Origin: Deltaproteobacteria bacterium
GTDB lineage: Bacteria; Myxococcota_A; UBA9160; SMWR01
DNA: 64,000 nucleotides
Assembly (NCBI GenBank): GCA_032128115.1
Contig: JAQBHB010000018.1
Location: forward strand, 1 to 64,000
Direction of reading: 5' to 3'
The notes under the pieces were generated by a model, which made no database searches, was not told the origin of the DNA, and saw nothing but the letters and a program-made list of their open reading frames with translations. The first letter of the stretch is position 1, and each line of letters opens with the position of its first letter. A program made the translations under genes and the position numbers. Of this stretch, positions 38,305-50,558 are shown piece by piece.

Positions 38305-38778
38305 CTAGAGTTTCCCGGGGGTGATCCACCACGAGCCCTCGCTGTGCTCCCAGCGATCGCGGCGGATCAATGAGACCTGGCCCGCGCGCAGGGGCCGGCG
38401 GTCGCCACCCCAGAAACGCACCTGGACCTGCGCCCGGTCCTCGGCCTCGAACAAGAACTCCTGGACCTCGAAGACGAGGGGCCGGCTCTTCTCGAAGTGG
38501 GTATCTGAGAGCGATTGGGCAAAGTCGGCGTAGTAGTCGAAGAACAGATCCGGCGTGCGGAAGTAGTCGCGCAGGACCGGGTCGTTGAAGGTGTCCAACG
38601 CGTTGAAGCGCCGCTGTATCAGGCGACGGTAGAAGGCCTCGACCCGGTGGTGGAACGCGAGCGCGTCGCCGGGCGGAACCGAGACAGACCCACCGACCGG
38701 CTCCGGGATGAAGCCTCCGGCGGCCGCACACGAGATCGAAAACACGGACGCCGCGACCAGCACGGCACAGCGACTCAC
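38305..38778 (-). CDS. Hypothetical lipoprotein
   Basis: Hydrophobic N-terminus with SISC lipobox-like motif; GTG overlaps glyQS stop. Confidence 0.65.
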   Translation of the reverse strand: MSRCAVLVAASVFSISCAAAGGFIPEPVGGSVSVPPGDALAFHHRVEAFYRRLIQRRFNALDTFNDPVLRDYFRTPDLFFDYYADFAQSLSDTHFEKSRPLVFEVQEFLFEAEDRAQVQVRFWGGDRRPLRAGQVSLIRRDRWEHSEGSWWITPGKL

Positions 38779-40187
38779 GAGGGAAATTCCAGCCGCGCGC
38801 TCAGATGTTCCGCCAGCGCTCCCATCGCGACCCGCTCCTGCTCCATCGAATCCCGCTCGCGGACGGTCACCTTCCCGTCTCCGTCCGATTCGAAATCATA
38901 GGTCAAGCAGAAGGGGGTCCCCGCTTCGTCTTGACGCCGGTAGCGACGCCCGATGTTTCCGGCATCATCATAGAATACGTGGAAGCGCCGGCGCAGATCC
39001 CTCTCCAGGGCGTGCGCCGGGTCGGCCAGCTTCTTGGAGAGCGGAAGCACAGCTACCTGGATGGGAGCCAGCGCCGGAGGCAGGCGCAGGACCACGCGCT
39101 TCTCACCGTCGGCCAGCTCCTCCTCCGCGTAGGCATGACACAGCAGGGCCAGGCAGGTGCGATCGATCCCTACCGAGGTCTCGACCACCATGGGGACGAA
39201 GCGCTCCTTCGTCTCCGGGTCGGTCACGGCCAGATCCTTGCCCGAGTACTCGCTGTGTCGGGCCAGATCCCAGTCGCCGCGGTCGTGGATGCCCTCGATC
39301 TCGTGCCAGCCGAACGGGAAGCGGTACTCCAGGTCCACGGCCGTCTTGCAGTAGTGGGCAAGCTCGTCGGCGCCGTGGGGTCGCGTGCGCAGGTGCTCGT
39401 CGCCAAAACCCAGGTCGCGGTGGAAGCGGAGGCGCTCCGCGAGCCAGTGATCGAACCACTTCTGGCGCTGGGACGGATGGCAGAAGAACTCCATTTCCGC
39501 CTGCTCGAACTCCCGGGAGCGGAACGTGAAGTTGCGCGGGTTGATCTCGTTGCGGAAGGCCTTGCCGATCTGGGCGATCCCGAAGGGCAGCTTCTGGCGC
39601 GCGGTCTCCCGCACGCGCTTGAAGTCGTTGAAGATGGGCTGACACGTCTCGGCCCGAAGGTACGCAATGGAGGCGGCGTCCTCCGAGGCCCCGATCCGGG
39701 TCTGCAGCATCAGGTTGAAGTTGCGCGGCTGCGTGAAGTCGTGCTCCGAGCTCCCCTGGCGCGAGGGACACGGCCCCGCGTCCTCCAGCTGGTCGGCGCG
39801 AAAGCGCCTCTTGCAAGCGCGGCAATCCACCATGGGATCGCTGAAATGCTCGACGTGGCCCGAGGCTTCCCAGGTGCGAGGGTGGGCGATGATGGCGGTG
39901 TCGATGCCCTCCACGTCGGCCCGCTCGCGCACCACCCGCCGCCACCAGACATTCTTCAGGTTGTTCTTGAGCTCGACGCCCAGGGGCCCGTAGTCCCAGA
40001 AGCCGTTGATGCCCCCGTAGATCTCGCTGGAGGGAAAGATGAAGCCGCGGCTCGCACACAGGGAGACCAGGTCTTCCATGCGCGCAAGCGGCCGTCCCGG
40101 AACGGATCGATCGGATGCCATGAAGCCCGCGAGTATATCGGCTTCCCGGCGCACCGGTGGACGGCGGGCCCGCCCTGTCCCAGTCAC
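38775..40187 (-). CDS. glyQS: Glycine--tRNA ligase, alpha2 (homodimeric) type; true start may be ATG 40121
   Basis: SSEIYGG..WDYGPLGVELK, GKAFRNEI.PRNF.FRSREFEQ.EMEFF, RYRRQDE.GTP. Confidence 0.95.
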   Translation of the reverse strand: MTGTGRARRPPVRREADILAGFMASDRSVPGRPLARMEDLVSLCASRGFIFPSSEIYGGINGFWDYGPLGVELKNNLKNVWWRRVVRERADVEGIDTAIIAHPRTWEASGHVEHFSDPMVDCRACKRRFRADQLEDAGPCPSRQGSSEHDFTQPRNFNLMLQTRIGASEDAASIAYLRAETCQPIFNDFKRVRETARQKLPFGIAQIGKAFRNEINPRNFTFRSREFEQAEMEFFCHPSQRQKWFDHWLAERLRFHRDLGFGDEHLRTRPHGADELAHYCKTAVDLEYRFPFGWHEIEGIHDRGDWDLARHSEYSGKDLAVTDPETKERFVPMVVETSVGIDRTCLALLCHAYAEEELADGEKRVVLRLPPALAPIQVAVLPLSKKLADPAHALERDLRRRFHVFYDDAGNIGRRYRRQDEAGTPFCLTYDFESDGDGKVTVRERDSMEQERVAMGALAEHLSARLEFPS

Positions 40188-40951
40188 TCGCCGAGGATTT
40201 CGTCGAGGAATCGCTCGCTGCGCAGCTCCACACCCACGTGGAAGCGCTGGAAGCGGCCGACCAGGCGGCGACCCTCGGCCAGCGCCTCAGGCCCCAGGAC
40301 CAGGCGATCCAGATGCCGGAAGTCGAAGCGCAAGGCGCCCTCCAGGGCGCGCACGGTGCCGGCGTGGACGCGCACCAGCCCCTCCAGCCGGGAAGCGCAG
40401 GGACTGCACACGGTCCCCCCATCGGAAACGTGGAAATCGATCTGGCGGGCGCTCCCCAGGCACTCGCCGCAGCGCACGCAGCGCGCCAGCTCGGGACGCA
40501 GGCCCAGGGCGTCCAGACATCGAAGCTCGAGGAAGGTACGAAGCCGGGCGTCGGGAATCTGGGTGGAGATGCCCCTCAGGGCCACCAACGCAAACGCGAA
40601 CAGGCGGCGCATGTCGTTTCGAGCGCCGCCTTCGGGCGCCATGCGATCCAGCAGCTCCAGCAGGTAGCAGGCCAGCGCGAAGCGACGGGTCTCGCGGCGA
40701 AGCGGTGTGAACGACTCGATCAGGGTGGCCTGCTCCAGCCGCGCCATGGAGGTGCTGCGGCGTTGCTCGAACTGGATGCGCAGGTGGTTGAACAGGTCGA
40801 GGGTTCCCGGAAACCGCTTCACGCTCCGGCGCGCGCCCTTGGCGATGACGGTCAGTCGCCCCCGGTCGGGCACCAGCAGGTGCAGGATGCGATCCGATTC
40901 GCCGTAGTCGACGGAGCGGAGGATCAGAGCCTCGGTGCGGACGGCCACCAC
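40184..40951 (-). CDS. recO: DNA repair protein RecO
   Basis: ALILRSVDYGESDRI..AKGARRS.KRF; CVRC..CSPC zinc motif. Confidence 0.94.
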   Translation of the reverse strand: MVAVRTEALILRSVDYGESDRILHLLVPDRGRLTVIAKGARRSVKRFPGTLDLFNHLRIQFEQRRSTSMARLEQATLIESFTPLRRETRRFALACYLLELLDRMAPEGGARNDMRRLFAFALVALRGISTQIPDARLRTFLELRCLDALGLRPELARCVRCGECLGSARQIDFHVSDGGTVCSPCASRLEGLVRVHAGTVRALEGALRFDFRHLDRLVLGPEALAEGRRLVGRFQRFHVGVELRSERFLDEILGE

Positions 40952-40960
40952 ACAGCCAGG

Positions 40961-41515
40961 TTAGCGGCTGCGGCGCGTCTCCCCGGCCTTGGGCTGGCGC
41001 GTCTCCGCCGCCAACGCCCGAACCGCATCCCGCCGGTACACCAGCGCGGGCCCAGCCTCGGGAACCGGCGGCGCTTTGGATTGGTCGGAAACGGCCCACC
41101 AGGCCCCGGCGGCGCTAACCACCAGCGCCACGCCCAGGGCCAGCAGCACAACCCGGCGCGAGCGCCAGCCCCGGCGCAGCCCGGCGGGGTCGTTGGCAGG
41201 CTCGGGAAGCAGACGGGCCACCGACTCGTCCGGGTCGAGGCCCAGGGCCTCGGCCACGGTTCGCACGAAGCCTCGCGAGAAGCCGTCCGGGTCGCGATCG
41301 AACGCACCCGCCTCCAGACGCTCAAGCGAGCGCTGCGGAATCCGGGTGAGGGTGGCCAGATGCTCCAACGAGATGCCGCGCAGGTGGCGCTGCTGCGCCA
41401 GGTACGCACCCACTGAATCTTCGGCGGCGCGTCCTCTCCCCCCGATGACCTCGCCGACCGAGCGTGCTGCGTCTAGCGCAACAGCTTCAGGTACTCCTCG
41501 GACTTCTTCCCCCAT
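40961..41515 (-). CDS. Short RodZ-like HTH membrane protein; start uncertain (alternative GTG 41413)
   Basis: GAYLAQQRHLRGISL..TRIP..LE.G.F..FSRGFVR..AEALGLD plus one TM. Confidence 0.75.
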   Translation of the reverse strand: MGEEVRGVPEAVALDAARSVGEVIGGRGRAAEDSVGAYLAQQRHLRGISLEHLATLTRIPQRSLERLEAGAFDRDPDGFSRGFVRTVAEALGLDPDESVARLLPEPANDPAGLRRGWRSRRVVLLALGVALVVSAAGAWWAVSDQSKAPPVPEAGPALVYRRDAVRALAAETRQPKAGETRRSR

Positions 41516-42294
41516 GGATCCGTGGGCGCCTTTGCCACCGCGGTCACCAGGTGATCGATGGCCTGCTTGCGCTGGCCGGTCGACACGTAGATCTCCGCGA
41601 GTCGGTAATTCGCTTCGGCATTGGCGCTCGGACGCGGGTCCAGTGCCAGCACGGCCGCGAAGTTTTCGATGGCCTCGACCTGGTGCCCCTCCTCCTGCTC
41701 GAGGATGCCGAGATTCAGGAGCACCGGCCAGTACTTCGGATTGTAGTCCCGCCCCGTCTCCAGATCGCGTCGGGCCTCGGCGCGGCGATTCAAGCGGTAG
41801 TAGGCCCAGCCCTGAGTGGCCAGCGCCCGCCACGGCCCCGGGAAGGTAGGATCGTCCAGGAGCAGGGTGGTCTGGAAGATCGCCTCTTCGAAGCGCTCCT
41901 GGTGGATGTAGATGCTCGAGAGCATCAGCCGGGCATCGTGATACTTGTCGTGGATCTCAAGCACCCGATTCAGGTGCAACTCCGCGTCTGCCAGCTTCCC
42001 CAGGCGCAAGAAGGCCTCGGCCAGGGCGTGGTGGATCCGCGCGTTCTTCGGGTCCAGCACCTCCCCGGCCATCAGCTCGCGCAGAGCCAGAGCCGTCCGA
42101 CCGCCGTGCAGATGGTCCACCCCAAGCTCGAAATGGGCGCGCGCCTTGCGCAGCTCGAGGTCGTCCCGAGCCCTGGAGGCCGGCGTGGCGCAGCCCAGGG
42201 AGGCCCCTCCCAACGCCAGCAACCCCACCGCGATTCCCATCGCCCTGCTCCATCGAAACTTGTTCATCATGAGCCATCGAAACTTGTTCATCAT
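41473..42294 (-). CDS. TPR lipoprotein, Tgl/PilF-type secretin pilotin
   Basis: Lipobox SLGC, multiple TPRs, LDDPTFPGPW motif; HTH-recO downstream as for myxobacterial tgl. Confidence 0.78.
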   Translation of the reverse strand: MMNKFRWLMMNKFRWSRAMGIAVGLLALGGASLGCATPASRARDDLELRKARAHFELGVDHLHGGRTALALRELMAGEVLDPKNARIHHALAEAFLRLGKLADAELHLNRVLEIHDKYHDARLMLSSIYIHQERFEEAIFQTTLLLDDPTFPGPWRALATQGWAYYRLNRRAEARRDLETGRDYNPKYWPVLLNLGILEQEEGHQVEAIENFAAVLALDPRPSANAEANYRLAEIYVSTGQRKQAIDHLVTAVAKAPTDPWGKKSEEYLKLLR

Positions 42295-42297
42295 GAG
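42250..42297. repeat. Exact 24-nt tandem duplication spanning the start of the TPR lipoprotein
   Basis: CCATCGAAACTTGTTCATCATGAG x2 (LMMNKFRW x2). Confidence 0.95.
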
Positions 42298-42343
42298 CTT
42301 CCCCCGCAGCCGGCCATGAGCGCCGGATTCCAGAACCCCTCGA

Positions 42344-42886
42344 TCAGACCCGCCGCGCCGCGCGCAACTCGGGCGCCATCCAGTCCAGATCGCCAGCAGC
42401 GCCGCCAACGGCGCCTCGGTCTTCGCCGCCCGGAGCGCGCCGGAACTTCGTCAACGCAACGTCCCGCGAGACGGCCGGCGCCGCCGCCAGGATCGGGGAC
42501 GCCGCATCGGGGATCGATGCGGTGCACAGCCGTTGCACGCCGCGCCCCAGCCAGTCGTCCCAGAGCCGGGCCGCGGCTGCTGCCTCCTCGGCCTCGGTTT
42601 CGTCGAACAGGAAACCCATGGAGCCCGCGAAGGAGATGGCGGCATCCAGCGCCGCGGCACAGACCCCCGGCTCCGCCTCGAAGAAAAACACCTCACCGGT
42701 GGGAATCGAACGCACCGCCACCACCAGCCACGCCGGCCGATCGGCCGCCACGAGCGCCGCGATCGCCGCACGGGCCGGAGCCATGGGCAGGTCGCCGATT
42801 GCCACCACCGGCGCGTTCAGAGCCGCGTGAAGGGCGCGCAGGCTCGTCGCAGCCGGGTCGGGCGCAGGCGCGAGAGAGAAGAACAT
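42344..42886 (-). CDS. Hypothetical protein upstream of tgl-like gene
   Basis: ATG 42886; LHAALNAPVVAI..AISFAGSMGFLFDE; position matches the gene preceding tgl in myxobacteria as I recall it. Confidence 0.6.
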   Translation of the reverse strand: MFFSLAPAPDPAATSLRALHAALNAPVVAIGDLPMAPARAAIAALVAADRPAWLVVAVRSIPTGEVFFFEAEPGVCAAALDAAISFAGSMGFLFDETEAEEAAAAARLWDDWLGRGVQRLCTASIPDAASPILAAAPAVSRDVALTKFRRAPGGEDRGAVGGAAGDLDWMAPELRAARRV

Positions 42887-43077
42887 TGCCGGCGTATCGG
42901 AACCCACGGCTGCGGCCTTGAGGCTCACCGGGGCGCAGTCGGAGCCAGGAACGGCCCGCCGCTCAGTGGCTTTCCAGCGCGACGCGGGGCCGCGCGGGCC
43001 TTTCGCCGCGCAGAGTGCCCGATACACTCCGCAAGAGGCGTCTGCGCCGCCTGCGGAACGCCTGCGGAAGGATGTCG

Positions 43078-44919
43078 ATGCCCCAAAAGCCCGTCGAAAC
43101 CCTCGATCGCGTCGCGATCCGATTCACGGGTGACTCCGGGGACGGCATGCAGCTCACCGGGACCAAGTTCACCGAATCGACCGCATTGGCGGGGAACGAC
43201 CTCTCGACGCTGCCAGACTATCCCGCCGAGATCCGGGCCCCGGCGGGAACCCTGGCCGGCGTCTCGGGCTTCCAGGTCCACTTCGCTTCCGTGGACATCC
43301 GCACGCCCGCCGACCACCCGGACGTTCTGGTGGCCTTCAACCCGGCGGCCCTGCGCGCCAACATCGACGACGTGCTGCCCGGCGGCATGATCATCATCAA
43401 CAGCGACGCCTTCAGCCAGAAAGCCCTGAATCGGGCCGGGTACCCGGAGGACCCCCGTCCGGGGATTCGCGAGCGATTCGCCCTGGTGGAGATCCCGCTC
43501 ACCAGCCTGAATCGCACGGCGCTCAAGGACCTGAATCTGAGCCAGCGCGACGCGGACCGCTGCAAGAATTTCTTCGCTCTTGGGGTCATGTACTGGTTGT
43601 ACGCCCGCCCCATGGAGCCCACCCTGGCCTGGCTCGAGAGCCGCTTCCAGGGAGACGTGCTCGAGGCGAACCAGCGCGTGCTCAAGGCCGGCCACGCTTT
43701 CGGCGAGACCACCGAGCTGCTGCCCGTGTCGTACGTGGTTCCCCGGGCGAAGATCCAGCCCGGCCACTATCGCAACATCACCGGGAACCAGGCGCTGGCC
43801 TGGGGCATCGTGGCTGCCGGCCAGCAGATGGAACTCCCGGTGTTCCTGGGCGCCTATCCCATCACTCCCGCCAGCGACGTGCTGCACGAGGTGGCGCGCT
43901 ACCGCCACTTCGGAGTCAAGACCTTCCAGGCCGAGGATGAGATCGCCGCCATGAGCGCCGCCATCGGGGCGTCGTTCGCCGGCTCACTCGGCGCCTGCAC
44001 CACCAGCGGTCCCGGCTTCATCCTCAAGCAGGAGGCCCTGGGCCTGGCGGTGATGGCCGAGCTCCCGGTGGTGGTCTTCGACATCCAGCGCGCCGGACCC
44101 TCCACCGGGATGCCCACCAAGAACGAGCAGGGAGACCTGCTGGCGGCCCTGTACGGGCGCAACTCCGAGAGCCCGCTGGTGGTACTGGCGCCGGCGACCC
44201 CGGGGGACTGCTTCTACGTCGCCCTCGAAGCCTTCCGTCTGGCGGTCCGCTACATGACGCCGGTGGTGGTGCTGTCCGACAGCTACCTGGCCAACAGCTC
44301 CGAGCCCTGGCAGATCCCAGACGTTTCGTCCCTGGCGCGGCATCCGGTGAAAACGGCCACGGACCCCGAGGGGTTCCAACCCTACGCGCGCGACCCGGAA
44401 ACCCTGGCCCGGCCCTGGGCCGTGCCCGGAACGCCCGGGCTCGAACACCGGATCGGCGGCCTGGGCACCGAAAACGTCACGGGCAACGTCTCCTACGACC
44501 CGCGCAACAATCAGCTCATGATCGAGCTCCGGGCCGAGAAGGTGGCTCGCATCGCCGCGGAGATCCCGCCGGTCGAAGTCGATGGACCCGAACGCGGCGA
44601 ACTGATCGTGGTGGGCTGGGGAGGCACCTACGGGGCCATCCGGTCGGCGGTGGAGGAGGCGCGGGTCGACGGCATGGCGGTCTCGGCGATCCACTTGCGT
44701 CACCTGAACCCCTTTCCGGCAAACCTGGGCGAGGTGCTGAGTCGATTCGACCAGGTGCTCGTTCCCGAACTCAACAGCGGCCACCTCAACCTCCTGCTGC
44801 GCGCCAGGTTCCTGGTGCCCGCCAGGTCCCTGAGCAAGATGCAGGGGCAGCCCTTCAAGGTGGAGGAGATCCGGGAAGCCATCGAACACGCACTGCACGG
44901 AGAAGGAGACGAATCGTGA
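43078..44919 (+). CDS. korA: 2-oxoacid:ferredoxin oxidoreductase alpha subunit (gamma-alpha fusion)
   Basis: GDSGDGMQL.G, DYPAEIRAP, YPITP, QAEDEIAA, TSGPG, QRAGPSTGMPT. Confidence 0.93.
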   Translation: MPQKPVETLDRVAIRFTGDSGDGMQLTGTKFTESTALAGNDLSTLPDYPAEIRAPAGTLAGVSGFQVHFASVDIRTPADHPDVLVAFNPAALRANIDDVLPGGMIIINSDAFSQKALNRAGYPEDPRPGIRERFALVEIPLTSLNRTALKDLNLSQRDADRCKNFFALGVMYWLYARPMEPTLAWLESRFQGDVLEANQRVLKAGHAFGETTELLPVSYVVPRAKIQPGHYRNITGNQALAWGIVAAGQQMELPVFLGAYPITPASDVLHEVARYRHFGVKTFQAEDEIAAMSAAIGASFAGSLGACTTSGPGFILKQEALGLAVMAELPVVVFDIQRAGPSTGMPTKNEQGDLLAALYGRNSESPLVVLAPATPGDCFYVALEAFRLAVRYMTPVVVLSDSYLANSSEPWQIPDVSSLARHPVKTATDPEGFQPYARDPETLARPWAVPGTPGLEHRIGGLGTENVTGNVSYDPRNNQLMIELRAEKVARIAAEIPPVEVDGPERGELIVVGWGGTYGAIRSAVEEARVDGMAVSAIHLRHLNPFPANLGEVLSRFDQVLVPELNSGHLNLLLRARFLVPARSLSKMQGQPFKVEEIREAIEHALHGEGDES

Positions 44920-45944
44920 CCGCCCCTGCCACGCCGCTTACCGCGCGCGACTTCACGTCCGACCAGGAGGTGCGCTGGTGCCCGGGGTGCGGCGACTACG
45001 CCGTGCTGGCCAACATCCAGCGACTCATGCCCGAGCTGGGGGTCGCGCGAGAGAACGTGGTGTTCGTGTCGGGCATCGGCTGCTCCAGCCGCTTTCCCTA
45101 CTACATGAACACCTACGGATTCCACACCATCCACGGCCGGGCGCCGGCCTTCGCCACCGGCATCAAGGCCAGTCGCCCCGACCTGTCGGTGTGGGTGGTG
45201 ACGGGCGACGGCGACGGACTCTCCATCGGCGGCAACCACCTGCTGCACACCATCCGCCGCAACCTGGACCTGCAGATCCTGCTGTTCAACAACCGGGTCT
45301 ACGGCCTGACCAAGGGACAGTTCTCGCCCACGTCGCGAACGGGGATGCGCACGAAGTCGACGCCCGACGGGGGCATCGAAAGCCCGGTGGATCCCATCGC
45401 CTTCGCCCTGGGCTCCGGCGCCACCTTCGTCGCCCGCAGCGTGGACGTAGACGCTCCGCACCTGCAGGAAGTCCTGCGACGCGCACACGCACACAAGGGG
45501 ACCGCCTTCGTCGAGATCCTCCAGAACTGCCCGGTCTACAACGACGACGAGTGGATCGAGGTCGAGGATCGCAAGCAGCGGGTGGACGCGTCCCTGGTGC
45601 TGCGAGACGGCGAGCCCCTGGTGTATGGAGCCAAGGGGCGCCAGCGCGGCATCCACATCGTCGACGGCGTTCCGTCCGTGGTGAAGCTCAAGGACGACGA
45701 CGATCCGGTGGCCAAGGGCGTGGCGGTGCACCACGAGCGCCACGAGACGCCGGCCTACGCCTTCGCCCTGGCCAGCCTGAAGCGCCCTCACTTCCCGATC
45801 CCGGTGGGCGTCTACCGCGCGGTGGAGAACCCAACGTACGAGAGTCTGCTGGAAGCCCAGGTGACCAACGCCATCGCCAAACGCGGCGCTGGGAACCTGG
45901 CCGACCTGCTCGGCTCCGGCGACACCTGGACCATCGAGCAGTAG
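44916..45944 (+). CDS. korB: 2-oxoacid:ferredoxin oxidoreductase beta subunit
   Basis: WCPGCGD, SGIGCSS, HGR, GDGD..NN.VYGLTKGQ.SPT TPP motif. Confidence 0.93.
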   Translation: MTAPATPLTARDFTSDQEVRWCPGCGDYAVLANIQRLMPELGVARENVVFVSGIGCSSRFPYYMNTYGFHTIHGRAPAFATGIKASRPDLSVWVVTGDGDGLSIGGNHLLHTIRRNLDLQILLFNNRVYGLTKGQFSPTSRTGMRTKSTPDGGIESPVDPIAFALGSGATFVARSVDVDAPHLQEVLRRAHAHKGTAFVEILQNCPVYNDDEWIEVEDRKQRVDASLVLRDGEPLVYGAKGRQRGIHIVDGVPSVVKLKDDDDPVAKGVAVHHERHETPAYAFALASLKRPHFPIPVGVYRAVENPTYESLLEAQVTNAIAKRGAGNLADLLGSGDTWTIEQ

Positions 45945-45952
45945 CGATCCCT

Positions 45953-46831
45953 CTACTTCAGAAGCCCGGGCATGCGCATGGCGAGGGTTTCGCCCATTTC
46001 GGCCGGGGAGCGGCATACCGAGACGCCGGCTGCCTCCAGTGCCTCGATCTTGTCGGCGGCACGGCCCTTGCCGCCGGCGATGATGGCGCCGGCGTGGCCC
46101 ATGCGCTTGCCCGGCGGGGCGTTCTGCCCGGCGATGAAGGACACCACGGGCTTCTTCATATGGGCCTTGATGAACTCGGCAGCCGTCTCCTCCGCCGATC
46201 CCCCGATCTCGCCGATCATCACCACGGCTTCGGTCTGGGAATCCGCCTCGAACAGCTCGAGCGCGTCCACGAACGAGGTGCCGATTACCGGATCACCGCC
46301 AATGCCGAGACACGTGGACTGACCGATGCCCAGGCGCGAGAGCTGGTCCACCGCCTCGTAGGTGAGCGTTCCCGAACGCGACACGACCCCCACCGGTCCC
46401 GGTCGGGTGATCTGGGCAGGCATGATTCCGATCCGGCACTGTCCCGGCGTCACCACACCGGGACAGTTCGGACCCACCAGACGCGTGTGGCTACCCCGCA
46501 TGGCGTTCTTGGCCCGCAGCATGTCGAGCACCGGGATGCCCTCGGTGATGCACACGACCAGGTCCAACTCGGCGTCGGCCGCCTCCAGGATCGCGTCGGC
46601 GGCGCCCGGCGGCGGCACGAAGATCACCGAGGCATTGGCCCCCGTTTCCCCCACCGCTTCGCGCACCGAGTTGAAGATCGGAATCCCCTCCAGGATCTGG
46701 CCACCCTTGCCCGGCGCCACGCCTCCCACCACGCGAGTGCCGTACTCCAGTGACAGCTTGGCGTGGAACTGGCCCATGCGGCCCATGCCCTGGATCAGCA
46801 GTCGTGTCTCCCGGTCGCACAGGATGGCCAT
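45953..46831 (-). CDS. sucD: Succinyl-CoA synthetase alpha subunit
   Basis: [27 protein letters not shown]. Confidence 0.97.
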   Translation of the reverse strand: MAILCDRETRLLIQGMGRMGQFHAKLSLEYGTRVVGGVAPGKGGQILEGIPIFNSVREAVGETGANASVIFVPPPGAADAILEAADAELDLVVCITEGIPVLDMLRAKNAMRGSHTRLVGPNCPGVVTPGQCRIGIMPAQITRPGPVGVVSRSGTLTYEAVDQLSRLGIGQSTCLGIGGDPVIGTSFVDALELFEADSQTEAVVMIGEIGGSAEETAAEFIKAHMKKPVVSFIAGQNAPPGKRMGHAGAIIAGGKGRAADKIEALEAAGVSVCRSPAEMGETLAMRMPGLLK

Positions 46832-46833
46832 GG

Positions 46834-50198
<3,365 letters not shown>

Positions 50199-50279
50199 GG
50201 AGGCTGCGATATACGGGATTCGCGGCAGGTGCGCCAGAGGAGGGTGCCGCTGCGCGGCCCCGGGCGGTCGGATTCGGGT

Positions 50280-50558
50280 TCACCGGGGTCCAGAAGGGCG
50301 GGGTTCGGCGCCCACCGGGGCCGGCGCATCCGGTGAGAGGTCGGGAATCGAGAGCCTCTGCCCGGGATACAGCCGCGACGGGTCCACGATCTGGTCGCGA
50401 TTGGCCCGGTACAGCAAGGGCCACAGGTTGGGATCGCCGGTGACGACTGCCGCGATCTGCCACAGGGACTCGCCGGGCTGCACCACGTGTACCCGGTCTG
50501 CGGCCGCCGGGGACACCATCCACACGATTGCGAGCACGAGACCCGTCGCGACCCTCAC
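50280..50558 (-). CDS. Small secreted LysM-domain protein
   Basis: Signal peptide then HVVQPGESLWQIA..W..LYRANRDQI.DP..LYPGQRLSIP; GTG overlaps aspS stop. Confidence 0.85.
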   Translation of the reverse strand: MRVATGLVLAIVWMVSPAAADRVHVVQPGESLWQIAAVVTGDPNLWPLLYRANRDQIVDPSRLYPGQRLSIPDLSPDAPAPVGAEPRPSGPR

